A stretch of DNA of 64,000 nucleotides from Klebsormidium nitens (taxonomy: Eukaryota > Plantae > Klebsormidiophyceae): assembly GCA_000708835.1 (NCBI GenBank), contig DF237021.1, positions 124,001 to 188,000 on the forward strand, read 5' to 3'. Positions 38,766 through 51,623 of this stretch are shown one piece after another; within the stretch, counting starts at the first letter, position 1; every line of letters starts with the position of its first letter. The translations under genes were made by a program, and so were the position numbers. The notes under the pieces were generated by a model that saw nothing but the letters and a program-made list of their open reading frames with translations, was not told the origin of the DNA and did not search any database.

Positions 38766-40129
38766 ACCGATGAGCTACGTTGCGGAGGCAAGCAACACAT
38801 TGCAAGGAATGGTTGAAAGGAGCGAGAAGTGATACTGTTTTCATTATATTCTTGTTGGTACCGTTCGTTGTAACGCTAAGGATACGGATATCACAAAAGC
38901 ATCTGTTTCAAGATGACACCAAAGTTATCCGACTTTACCGGTCATGATGGTCAGAGAAGCAAAGAGCAGCAACCATGCTGGTCGCTTCCCGGGTCAGCGA
39001 CAACCAAAACACCGAGGTCTAACAGTCGAGGCGTTTACATCGGTCAAATGAATGTCAATTCTGATACAATTTGCTAGCTATCGGCCTGACGTCGCATGGC
39101 ATGTTATTATAAGGACCCGGCGACCGTACTGCCAGGCTGAGGTTACGAAGATGCTGCATGATAAAGTGGTTTCAACCGCACGCGAAGTCGAAACTTCGAG
39201 CACACGCACTTCACGAATCGAGTCCCTGATCGACCAGCTCGGAGCCCTTCGGAGTTCTTGCTGGGGCTTGGCACTGGCAATTTTACAGTTGAGGTGTCCT
39301 TGCTCCGCACCCGCTCTGCAGTGCTCGATCAGCGCGGGCCCGTAGCTACACATGTGCCACAGATCAGATACGTCTGCATTTGCGCACACCTTTCAAAACC
39401 ATGAGCTAGTGTTTGAGTGACTCTATCAGCCGTTGGCCGTACTTCTTAATATGCGAAAGTGCACTATCCGTGGCCGCCTAGAAAAGAGCGTACTTTCACG
39501 ATCTGCTAGCTACGACCGTTCTTTGACAGCATCATATCATACTAGTTCAGTGCATATCATTTGCAAATTCGAACGTCACTAGGCGTGTGTGTCGGAAGCT
39601 GTCCGACCGAGCGCTGCGGCCGGCCCATGCCATCGATGTTTATGGCATTTCGTGCCAGCAGTTCGCGTCCGAGTTCGACCACTGTAATGACCTATGACGC
39701 GGTCGCACAGCCGTCCCATTATATGTGCTGGTCAAGCAAGTGACGCGCGGCATGCCGCATACATACACTGTCCATTCATGCAGACTTGCAACGACATTTA
39801 TAATTACCTGCGCGGCACATCGCAATCGTGAATAACGCAAATATGAATCAAGCTATGGCCTTTTGATTGAAAACAATATCCGCGAAGTTTTTTGGTATAG
39901 GTGCATCTATTGCTCGGCCTTGAGCCCGGGGTTTGTCAGGGAACTACAGTATTCTAACGGAAAGAACAAAAAGCGCAAACGCATTCGATCTAGCTCTTCT
40001 CTCTACCTAAACTCAAGCAACCTTTCTGATTTCGGATGCACTACTTTTGACTTGGATACCCTATACCTGATGCGAACCGAAAACGAGCACGATATTTACA
40101 AGGGCATGTTTCAAAAACACTGCTTCCTA

Positions 40130-43100
40130 TCAACGCGCATGTGCAGCCGACTCTGCGGCCGAATGCTCGGTTGCAAGGAGGGCGGGGTTGTACGCTTTGC
40201 CCCCCTCCACCGTCATCATGATGCGGTGGCTCGGATCGACGTTGTCTTTATCTCGTAGCGCTTCAAGGATGGCCGTCGGGTCCGCTTCCCTGATAAAGGA
40301 GATTCGGAACCATGATTACGTCGGATTCGCCCGGGCAATAAACTCAGTGAAAATCCAAGATCGGTCGACAACACAAGAAGGAGGCCGCGCCAGACAACAA
40401 TGCTCCGCCACAAAAGGCCCGCACACTCCATCTCATTGTCGTCACAGTCGGTTCGTACAATAATGAGCAGCTCACGCATTCCTGCAACCTTACAAAGCAA
40501 GTACTCCAAAAGCAACAGAGGAAAAGTGAGAAAAATCAAGATCAACGTCGCCCCTCCCACCTCGTATGCAAGATCCGATGCAGGGTCTTGAGGATGGGGC
40601 ACAGCTCAATGGGCTGCGTCTTTTCTCCGGTCTCGGGGTTTTCCACCGGGGTCTCCGAGTGGCTGAGCAGGTCGTAAAAAGCGCCCACCGCGGAGATGCC
40701 CTGGATCATGCCCTTGCCGGGGATGTTCTCGCCCATTTCCGGCGTCAGCGCCTTGTTGCCCAGCTGCAGCCCGTACCTGAATTGAATGGGATCTTTAGGG
40801 TTATCATTGCTCACGGGTTTCAGGAATGGTGGGACTCAGAGGTTTTCAGATTGCGCAGCTGCAGCCAGTACCTGGACTCGACGAGTTGCAGCGTACAAGG
40901 AGCTTCAGTTCTTATACATATCTAGGGCCTTCTAGATCCTTGTGTTGTATCGAGGTTCCAGACGAAAGATTCTGAAGCTTGAAGGTCAGAGGAGTTCGCA
41001 CTTGGCGGGATTGCGAGTTGTATCTGGACCCAAAGCTTCTCGGCCGATGTTAAGGCATCCAAAGGTCCAAAAGGTAAGAAACTTCTTCAGCGGTGGAACA
41101 AAGGGACGACTCACTGCGCACCAGCGGATCGTACTTAGGATTCAGTTCTATTTGAGGCGTATCTAGGCAATCTTTCTAGATCCGCTAGATCCGGTGAATC
41201 TATTTCTAGAGTGCCGACGATCATTTCCGGATATGAGTGGGGTGCGCAGGTCTTTGGTGGAATACTGGAAAGTTGGACACATCGAAGGGTGGAAAAAGTG
41301 AAAGCCTTGCCGGTCTGCTCTCGGAGATTGACAATTGAGCAGCCGCTCTGAATGCAGACTTGTCTTTCCTCGCTACAGGAGCGATCGCACTCCTTATCTC
41401 AGCAAAAATCCAGGAAAATATCACAATCCCTTTGCGGTCGAAGTGCTCTGACATAGCCTTTCCTTCTCGACCCGCAAGATCCAGTCTATCTCCTCGTGCC
41501 CCCACATCGACTGGACAGTGAGCAAGATAGCCGGTAGACTCTCACCATGCGTTACGCCCCTTGAGCAGCGTGACGTAGGTATCTGCCAGCAGCGGTCCCG
41601 CAAGTCGCTCCGGCTTTTCCGCTAGCAGGTGCGTGATGAAGATCATCTCGCTCGTGCAGTGCGCGAAGTAGACCGCCTTGCTCGTCGCGCTCTCCTGGGT
41701 CACAGCCGCTACCAGGCCTGCAAAGATGATCAATCGCTCAAAATTCCTGTGAGATCACGAGAAATCTTGAAGGGTTGTCTCAAAGAACCAGAGCCCACAA
41801 CCACCTATCCGACTTGTGAAGCGAGAGAATCTGTTTTCCACAAAGTAGACTGCCTTGCTCGTCGCCCTCGCCTGGTGTACCGTGACAATCAGGCCTGCGA
41901 GGGCCAGATTAGTGCTCTCCATCATTGCTGAAATGCAATGGATCGCTGGCATGACCCCGAAACGCGGAACCAGAGAGGTATTTTCGGAACAGGTAACGGC
42001 CTTGTGCGTCGCACTCTTCTAAGTCGCGTTGCAACCAGGCGTGCATAGACAATTCCAAAGTCGTAGGTTTGTGAATGATGCTTCCTCGAGAGGGACGCTT
42101 GACTTTATGCAAGCTGGCGACGAAGAAGCTTGTCTGAAAAAAGTGAACCGCGTTGCTCGTTGCCCTCTCCTGCGTCACCGCCGCACCCGGCCTGGCGAGA
42201 AGAATTGATTCTAAGCTTCAGGTTATGGTCTATCGTCCAAAGGGATTGCTCGAAGAAACAGAGGATGACTTCAGGCGAGATTTGCTTACCTGCACCAATC
42301 GCGTACACGTTCTTGAGCCCCCCCATGACCTCGTGCGTGATCAGGTCGCTGTTGTCCCACACCGCAAAGTTCCTCTGGCGGACGAACTCCGCCAGCGGCT
42401 TGCGCCACTTGTCGGCCCCGCACAGGCGCGCGTTCGCGTACTCGCCGTCATAGACTTCGGCCGCGATGTTCGGGCCGCCCAGGTAGAGACAATTTTCTAG
42501 GGGGAGCCCCGCTGCAGAAGGGGAATGAGAATTAACGACCCCAACTCCAACTGAAGAGCACAGACTTACTGATATTTGCGACTGCATCGGCACCGCACAG
42601 GCGTGCATTTGCATACTCGCCGTCGTACACTTCGGCCGTGACGTTTGGGCCGCCCAGGTAGAGACAGTTTTCCACTAAGAGGCTGGATGCGGGAAAGCGG
42701 GTAAGATTCAATATTAAGAATAGCCGAAGAATAGCGTCAAATTTGCTCGTCGTTTATCAGCTCCGCTCAGGCGCGCATTCGCGAACTCGCTGTCATACAT
42801 CCAAGCAGCGATGTTCGGCCCAGCCATGTAGATATTGCACTGCGCATGTCGAGACAGTTCCCTACAGGAGTGCCGGCCGCAAACACACCCTCGAAGAGTA
42901 GCTCCACTGGTGAACGGCTTTGACTTCGGCGTTTCAAAATGGCCACGGAAATTGGGCCGCCCAGAAAAAGACGACTCTCTTTTGGGAAGGCCCGCTGCAA
43001 AAAGGAGGTAATATGAGGACCCAGCATCTTACGACGAAGATGCACAGGCCTCGAAAAACAACAAACGTGATTTCTGTCAAGCCTGCCACCGTTTCAAATC

Positions 43101-46100
43101 GCGCCTTCGTTCTTGAGGGCCTGAAGCATGCGATACCCAGAAAATAGTCCGCCTGAGTCAGATAAGGATGTATTTCTAAAGGGTCATGTCCATGTCAAAT
43201 GGGACACTCTCCTCGAAGAAGGCCTTTGATACGTAGAGCCTGGCCGGCTATGTTCGGTCAACTGAGTGAAGTCTCCGATTTCACAAAACAAAGTGGTGGT
43301 CGCTGGCGTATGCAACTGTTCTCAGTAATATGACCCGCAAGGGGAAAGAATAAGGATCCTTTCACATACAAGCATGGAACGGACAATACTTTGAACTTGC
43401 AAACCCAACCGAATCAGAAAATTCTTCCTTTCGTTTAACTCGCCAAGCTTACTGCCTCACTGGAACGATCGTACAGACCTCTCAACCTCCGCACCCACTT
43501 TTTAATCCTCGACTCGATCCATGTCCATTTTGTCAGCTCCCTCGCTTTGCCTGGTGGATCATCATGCACGACCTGAGTATGTGCGGGTGCCACTGAAATA
43601 CGAAGTCGACATCTAACCCCGCACCCAATTTCAAACCTCTCGTAACCTTGACCGACCCGATGAGACTTCTCTTGCCAAACCAAACCCCAACTGGCCGGCC
43701 CCTCACCTGCCTGGTGGATCATCATGCACGGCGTGAGTATGTGCGGATGCGGCTGCAGCACGCACTCGACGCCCTTGGCGAGGCTGATCACGACCGGTAG
43801 CATCCCCTGCCGCTCCCGCCAAAAGTTCCCGATCTCCTCAAACACTTTCCGCGTCTCCGTCGAAGGCAGGCCGTTAATAACGATGTCGGCCCGGTAGGTC
43901 GCCTCCTGAGCGCAACAGGTAAATGGAAGGTATTTTTGAGTCTTGTTCAAGGGTTTAGAGCTTAGAGGGTCAAAGGTAACCGAAAGGTGCCCACTCCTTC
44001 AAAATCTTTCGCGTCTCCAGGTCGCTGATATGAATGTCTGACCGGCAGGTCTCCTGCAAGGAGCGTCCCTTCAGGTTGGACAAACGTGACATATCAGAAT
44101 GCCAATCAGAGTGTACTAAGTTTCGCCAAGAACTGCGGATCTGCTCAGAAGCGTCCAGTTTTCTAATAAAAGCAGGCCGTTTGCCTGCAATGGTTGTGCG
44201 CTAGCTCGCCTCTACAGGTGACGTGGTCGAACAGTTTTAAATATGCAAATATTGTGATCGTTGTCATTATGAAGGGCAGGCCGTTTACCCAGATGGGGGC
44301 CCTATGGGGCGCCTTGTTAAGAAAGGAAAGCTTCTTCCGTAGCACACCGGATTCAGTTTCTTTCAGGAGTGTAATTTTAGGAAACGACAAACCTTCACCT
44401 TTGTCATGTCGAGACTGAGTGTGCACCGGAAGAAGTGGTGGCGGTTTCGGAAGAGCCGTCAGCGCTCCTTGAATTCACAACGCTGTACGCTTCAAGGTTC
44501 ACTCTGGCTGACTTCCAGACCAAACTTCTGACAGGTACCGATGAAAGTAATCGGATTCTCAACAAGAGGAACCGGCTCAGTTCTGGCAGCAGAGAGCGAA
44601 CGCCACAGCCACGTGGTCACACAGGACGAGAACTAGAGCGGATACTTGCAAGCCAACCTGTAGGTGGGTGACCACGTTGAGCGGGCACAACGGCGTATTG
44701 ACCATGTTAACGCAGAACCCGTCCTTCAGGATCTCGTCCGCATACAGCGTTCGAACGCCCAGACGCGCCTCCGCGTACTTGGCGTAGGCATAACTGCAAA
44801 ACAGGGGGAGCATTGTGATTGAAATCAAGAGAGAAGGTCACGACGAAAAGTAAAGTTGAGCTGACATCTTGGATTGCCAGCATAAGTCGTGTTTCATTTT
44901 TTGCCAAGTAGGGAATTGCAATTGCTGACTTGGCAACGTCCCCGCACCTGAAAGGTTCAAGCTTTAAGAAGGGAACAAAGGAAGGAAGGGAGAGAGAGGA
45001 AAAAGGAAGGAAGAAAGGAAGGACGGGACTGCTTTATTGCAACACAGCAATGAGATTGAGACTGAAGTTAGTCTCTTACAATCTGTCACTATTGCCCTGT
45101 CGAGATGAAGCAACAAGAATGCAAGTGCACCTGGCACCAAATTTGCTTGTTGCAAGTGTACAAGTATTGCACTGGGTAGAACAGATGCATTTAAACACCC
45201 CCCCATTCTTTCTTTGCATTTCCGACGCCCTACCTGCGTATAAGCCGCCGCATGACGTCTTCGTTTCCAGAGATAATGGAGAAGAGCTGCTCTGCAAACT
45301 CCTTGCTCAGCGCTTTCCCAGGCCGCCTCCATATTCGGATGTCCACCTTCTTTCTCAGGTGGCCGTATTGGTTCTGCTCGGGAGGAGAATCTTTTCCTTA
45401 AAGTGGCTGACTAGACAAGCCGTTCGCACTTTTCCATGAAAGGCTGCTGCGGGCTTTCTTAGGACTTCAACAGTCAAGAAAATGGTAAGACTCACAGATT
45501 CCTTGGCAGAGTGGTCACGAAGAGGTTCAAGAAGGGTTTAGGGTCATTTAAGTTTTGTCTCAGAAGGGCGGGGTGCAGGCCACGAGGAGCAAGTGGCAAG
45601 TCGAGAGGTTTGCTAAGAAATTGAAAAGAAGTTGCTTATGTTTTATAACTGGTCATTATCTCCAAAGCAGGCCTGAACCAAGTCTAATTCTTTGGAAGAC
45701 AAGCCAGGTGCGCCAGTTTGTGAACAAAGGTCGAATAAGTGCCCTTTCTGAACTTGTGTAATTTAATGGTATGTTTCAAGACCGTATCAAGCTAGCTACA
45801 AACACTGCAGTTTTGTGTGCCACATTTTGAAAGCGAGTATTGATGTCATTTCCAGCTCGCTAACCAGAATCGGGATTTGGTGCAGTCCTGTGATCAAACC
45901 GTGCTGTACCACCCCTCCCCCTGACAGCCAGCAAACTCAAAAAGCCCCATCCGGGAAACTTGAAGGGTGTTAGGTCACTCGCTTCGCTCCTACCCCTTTT
46001 TAATGACTCTTCTCTATCATCAAAGTCAGGTGCTGCTCTTGAAGGATGATTATAATCAGTATCTTTCTTGAAGTGTCATGCTCATGCACTTCTGACTGCC

Positions 46101-46553
46101 ACTACTTTTTGGTCCACTCAATCCTTCTTTTTCTTCTTCCTCCTCAGTAATTGGATTGTGCAGCACAAGAGCTAAAAAGCCAAAACAGTTTCAACAAGTT
46201 CAAATACTGATTACTGAGTGCGCAGCAATACAATCTATAAAAGCTCATTCAAACGTTTCAGCCATTCAAGCCAGGCTAATTCTCCGCAAATGGTGACATA
46301 GCAGAGTGTAAAAGTATTGTGTGGTGTATGCAGTCTGTTTTCAGGTCGTGTCCAAGCCAGCATTGCAAGTAACCTGCAATTGTGCAATGAAGACGCTCCC
46401 CCAAGCTCCCGCTCCAACCCCCACAATTCTGAGCTGGTCTTCATCTCTCTTGTTGAAAAGTTTTCTTAGGACGTCCAATTTCTCTTCCAGGGCAGAGTCC
46501 CCGGCATTGCCATTCTCCGACGGCTGGTCCTCCTTGACGTCTCCCATTGGCAT
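40130..46553 (-). CDS. GPDHc1: NAD-dependent glycerol-3-phosphate dehydrogenase, plant cytosolic GPDHc1 type; about 8 exons
   Basis: Motifs [71 protein letters not shown] and [18 protein letters not shown]. Confidence 0.93.
40851..40875 (-). repeat. Intronic echo of a GPDH acceptor and exon head
   Basis: cagGTACTGGCTGCAGCTGCGCAA versus the real cagGTACGGGCTGCAGCTGGGCAA. Confidence 0.8.
41842..42196 (-). repeat. Three decayed copies of the head of GPDH exon 41717
   Basis: Copies at about 41842-41900, 41995-42045 and 42140-42196 of 'gtagaccgccttgctcgtcgcgctctcctgggtcacagccgctaccaggcctgc'. Confidence 0.88.
42570..42885 (-). repeat. Two copies of the head of GPDH exon 42511
   Basis: Copy 1 translates [29 protein letters not shown]. 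Copy 2 translates AGTPVGNCL[20-nt insert][23 protein letters not shown]. The real exon reads [34 protein letters not shown]. Confidence 0.92.
43538..43610 (-). repeat. Downstream copy of a GPDH exon tail with a dead donor
   Basis: A 23-nt perfect match (tgcctggtggatcatcatgcacg) plus a 13-nt match (tgagtatgtgcgg) to the end of exon 43707. The donor GCAG|gtgagg has become GCAAagcgagg. Confidence 0.88.
43988..44325 (-). repeat. Three decayed copies of the head of GPDH exon 43905
   Basis: Copies at about 43988-44060, 44172-44217 and 44271-44325. The last translates [13 protein letters not shown] versus the real [13 protein letters not shown]. Confidence 0.8.
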
Positions 46554-47706
46554 TGGAATGCAAGCCAATTCGCTCCAACTTCAAGTTCTACAGAATGTGC
46601 AATGCATGCATGCGTGAAAATATGAACTTATCATGGAACTTCACTGTCTTCAGAAGAGAGATTTCCAAGTTCCGCCCTTGTCTCTAGATAGCAGGGCATC
46701 GAAGAACGGAAGCAGGTGCGCGGATAGCAGAAGAAGCCTGAGCGCGCGGTTTCGGATGGTCTGTCACCGCGCCTGCGCGCCGCGCATGCAATCATTGCCT
46801 ATCATACCGTGGTTGAACCGTCAGATGATGCACTTTTGCCACGGATCGACGGCACCGATGAAAAGTCGGAGAACCTTTCAGATATTTGAGAGGCTTTCAT
46901 GCGCGCACGTGTCGACATCATATCTGAAGCGTGTGCACTGTGATCTGCGCTCGGTTGAAGAGCAATCAGGATCTCTTATAAGCGATTGGAGCGCCACCTA
47001 GTGGACCTTATGAATATGCGTGTACCACACTATCTTTTCAACGGCCTTTGAACCATTTTATATAGAATTTTGTTATCGATGAAATACAAGAAACAGGCTG
47101 CTTGAGTAATGTTGCCAGCTAGCTTCATCCAGGCTTCATCTGTCCGCTTACAAGGTCAAAACATCGTCCTATTGTTGATTTTAACTTCAATCTAACCAGG
47201 TTTTTGAGCTACACGCGGTTTCGCTGACGCGTTGGGTGCTCGGTAGAGATCGTCAGATCTGCGGGCAGGGTTGTTTCTCAAATTCCGCCCGGATCTGCCA
47301 CGCGAGCAGGCAAACTGGCCACTCCTGCCAAGTGGACGGACGGCGACTCGCGGAGGTGGAGTCGGAGAGACGACCGGAACGCTCCAAGAAGGTCGGAAAA
47401 TGGCGATCTGCATCTCCGGAGGCGCTGGAGATCTCTTTGTTTGCATCGAGGTCAACTGACAGGGGCGTTGAAAAGCGCCTAGGGCAGGGTAGAAAAGCTT
47501 TGCGATCGTTTCAGCGGTAGCAGAAGGAGCAGAGGTAGATCAGGGGGAAAGGCAGGGGATTTGCGGCTAGGTAAGGTAGGTAGTCTGGTCGGAGGACGAC
47601 CTTGAAGAGTCCCAATGCTGCACAAAATCTCTTTGTGATCATGGGACCGAGGGACGGGGGGGTAGCGGTTGCTGCCCAACCCAACAATTTGTCATGGCCC
47701 GGGAAG

Positions 47707-50700
47707 ATGGGCAGCGGGTCAGTTTCCGGGTCACCGTCTTCTTGGCCGGAGCAGCCTGGCCTGAAGTATCACAACAGGACAATGTCAGAGAGCCCAGGGT
47801 TTTGCGACCCCAAGTATGAAGTGATGGCTCAGGGTAAGCAGAGCTTGTACTGCAAAGGGTAACTGCTCATCTCAGGTTTTGAGAAGCTGCAAAGCTCTTA
47901 CCATGTTATTTCTCAGGATCAGGCTGCGCAGCTATCTTCTTGTTGCAGTTTAGCTGTCTTCCCTTTGTAGTTCAGAGTCCCTTGCACTCCATGGCTTTTT
48001 CTCAGCTGGCAATGCTCATGGCTTCCGTTATTTGCAAGGATTATGCAGTGATGGAGCCTGAGTTTTCATGTGCAGAGTTTGAGAACCTGACATTGCGGAT
48101 CAACCCTCCCAGGTGAGGCAGGGTGCATCCCTCGTATTCTGTCCTGGGACATCACTTGTTAGCAGATCTTCCGCTCAATTAGATAGTCTTTCTCTATGGT
48201 CTAACAGCCATTGCTTAACCTGCTACTGTGACGTTCGTTTGTCTCCTAACGCGAGGTAGAGCGAGGGTGCTTCGTTGAACCTCTGGCTAAAACTTGTCAT
48301 TCTGGGGAACGCACTCTAATAGGAGTTGTTTGCATCGCCTGCAGGGTCGTCATTGACAACTCAACTCAGGATGATGCAACCCTCGTGAAGGTAAGTCAGA
48401 ATGGTCATGTCCAAGTTGCAATCTGGTTCTCTTGCATTCTTGTGTACCATCATCAAAGGTTGTGTGCACACGTCCCAAAACTTCTTCTCTGTGTGTGGCT
48501 AGGTTTGGTTGCCTTGGAAACCGTATAAGCTGCTACGCAGCTGTGCGCTTGCCATCAGCAGGAGTTGATTGCAGGTCATTTTGTGAACACAGGTTGATAG
48601 TGTCAACAGACATGGCTGCCTCCTGCAAGTCGTACAACTGCTGACAGACCTGGACCTCGTCATCACAAAAGCGTACATCTCCTCGGATGGCGGATGGTTT
48701 GTTGATGGTAAGTTTGCCTTCCAAGGCATTACAAGGAGATTCTCAAAGTGCCTGCTTCAGGAAACAGTGCAGTTGAAGGGTACACTGAGCAGCACTCCAT
48801 CGTTGTGTCTGCCAACTGGCATGCATCGTGGAATTCACTTTTACGGGCTCTGATTTTCCTTGTCAGGCAGCACCTTGTTAACCCAAATAGCATGTTTCTT
48901 GCAGTGTTCCATGTGGTGGATCAGTTCGGAAAGAAGGTTAACGATCAGGGCCTTATCACCTACATTCAGGAGGTGAGGTTGCACCCATGGCTGCATTGAT
49001 GAGCAAGGTGGATGGGAGTTTTGTGGATCCACATCTATTTGCTCTGTCTGGAGTAGGAGGCTGTTACGAAATGCCATGCATCTAGTTGCAAATGTTGGAG
49101 GGGTAGCAGCTGCATCTCAAAAGATGTACAGCTAGTTGGGTGGAGCAGTGGTTAGATTTACCTTCTCCCAAGAGTTTGGCTGATCTATGTAGGCAAATGT
49201 TTAGGTAGAGCCCAAGGGAAATGCAAGATGCAGCAGTTTCTTTTCAAGACTGATGCAATTATTCAATGCACCTGGAATCTGACAAGTCTCTCGGTCATGC
49301 AGGAGCTTGGTGCCAAGGGCCCCTCAAATCAACGGGTGCAGCTACAAACGTGCACTGGCAAGCCTATCGGCCTCCAGGACATTGAGGAGCACACGGCGAT
49401 CGAGCTCACGGGAGTGGATCGCCCGGGCCTGCTCTCTGAAATCTCTGCGGTGCTGGCCACTCTGCGGTGCAATGTGTCTGCTGCAGCGGTGTGGACACAC
49501 AACCTGCGGGTCGCGTGCGTGGTCTATGTCACTGATGAGACGACCAAGGGGCCGATCGCTGACCGGGGCAAACTAGAGCGGGTGAAGGAGCTGCTGGCGG
49601 GGGTGATGCGGCCGGATGACGGGAAGACGACGACCGCGACTGAATTTTCGGTCTCGGCGACGCACACTGAGCGGCGGCTGCACCAGATGCTCTTCGCTGA
49701 TAGGGACTATGAAGTAAAGGACCCCTTTGCGAGGCTGCGGCGGCGGGAGGCGATGGCTCTCAAGGAAGGGGGGGTGCGGGATGGGCGGGAAGGACCCCCT
49801 GGAATCAGCATCAGAAATTGTGTGGACACGGGGTACTCAGTGATTGTGATCCGGACGCCAGACCGTCCGAAGCTGCTGTTTGACACGGTGTGCACGCTGA
49901 CAGACATGCAGTATGTGGTCTTCCACGCGACAATTGACTCGACTGACGGTATGGCATTCCAGGTAAGGAGCCGGTGCAGTTTGTTGTGTTTGACTGCGTC
50001 TGGGTCTGATCAGAAGTTGTGCATTCAGAATGGATACTAGTTGCAGCATCTATGCTGCATGAAGATTCGCTTTGCTGCAGATGGTGCCATAGATTTTAGG
50101 AACCTTTCGGTCTGATGCGGTTCCGTAAGACTGCTGTGCTGCAGCCGCTGTCAGCCCCACAAGATGCTTTGTACAATTGTGGGAAAACCTCTTTCCCCCC
50201 TGCAAATGGACTTTGCACAGGAGTGAGATTCTGATATTTATTGGTCCCCTCCGTTTTTCCCAGGAGTACTATGTTCGCCACATGGATGGATGCACCTTGG
50301 ATTCCGAGGCCGAGCGGCAGCGTGTCATCAAGTGCGTGGAAGCAGCAATCGAAAGGAGGGTCCCAGAGGTAAGGGCCACATGTTTTCCTTCTGCAGAGGA
50401 GTTTGGGAGAATCTCTTCTGTGCACTTTCGCCAATGCTATGCGTTGGAGAACGTTGTTAGCTTGCCGCTCTAGGTCCAGCCCCTAGGCTTACAGAAAGGG
50501 ACAATGTTGGTAGCATTGTCACTAGCATAGTGTTCAATTTGTGGTCTTTCAACGCCAGCATCACATCAGCAACTGTCCAGTTCCGAGTTCAGCACGCTAA
50601 AGAGGCTACTTGCTTATTGTTTTGTTGCTGTTTTGTCAGGGGTTGAGGCTGGAATTGTGTACCAGCGACAGGGTCGGGCTTCTGTCCGATGTAACTAGGG

Positions 50701-50996
50701 TATTCAGGGAGGCGGGTTTGACGGTAACCCGCGCGGATGTGACGACTAGGGGGGAAAAGGCGGTAAACGTGTTCTATGTTACGAGTGCTTCGGGGGGCCA
50801 GGTCGACATGGAGCTTGTGGACAAGATGCGACGAGAGATTGGACATACCATCTTGCAAGTTTCCGGCACTCCAATCATGGGGTCACCGCCTCGGGATCCT
50901 GTAGAGAAGCCTAAGGAGCGGTTTTCGTTTTCTTCACTGCTTCGCTGCAAATCGGAGCAGATACTGTACAGCTTAGGGATAGGGATGGGGAAGTAG
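47707..50996 (+). CDS. ACR: ACT-domain repeat protein (plant ACR family), about 8 exons; first exon tentative
   Basis: Motifs RINPPR-VVIDN, VDSVNRHGCLLQVVQ, KAYISSDGGWF, TAIELTGVDRPGLLSEI, HTERRLHQML, DRPKLLFDTVCTLTDM, EAERQRVIKC and DRVGLLSDVTRVFRE. Confidence 0.92.
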
Positions 50997-51623
50997 GGGG
51001 GGCGCTATTTTTTTTGTATAAAGACGCGGTCGAGAGAGTCGGAGCAGATAATGCTCTATATATTGTCATTATTGAAGTCGAATAAGTACGCCAAAAGCTT
51101 TGCTCAACTACGCTTCTTATAGAGGGTCTCGTGTTTGCTAGAAGCCTAGTATTGCTTAGCTCGTTGAACACAGAAGTTTCCAAGCTGGATTGCAACCTTA
51201 TTGTTTCCAGGCTAGTGATAGCTTGCTGCGTAGATCGAGTGTGGTCAAAGGGACAGCTGCCAATGTCCATGGTTCCAGCCATGTGGTAAATCAGGTCTCT
51301 CTAGTATGCGCAGTGAAGCGCGCAATCTTTGGATGCTTATGGCTCTTTATCTCCGAACATTTTAAAACAAGCTATCCTGTCTCCACATCTGATCGCCACC
51401 AATGATTGCATCTACAATATCTATATGTATGCCACACACACGAACTCAAAAAACATGGCAGGTTCAAAAGCATAATGTAACGTGTGCACGCAACCACACA
51501 TTTCTCAGAGCTTGCAGCCGCCTAGGTTGCTTGCATTCCAGTGTTGAGCGCTGCATATACATATACTAACATACGCACCGTCATATAATTGCGAAATCCC
51601 AAATTGCATAGTAAGTTGCCAAG

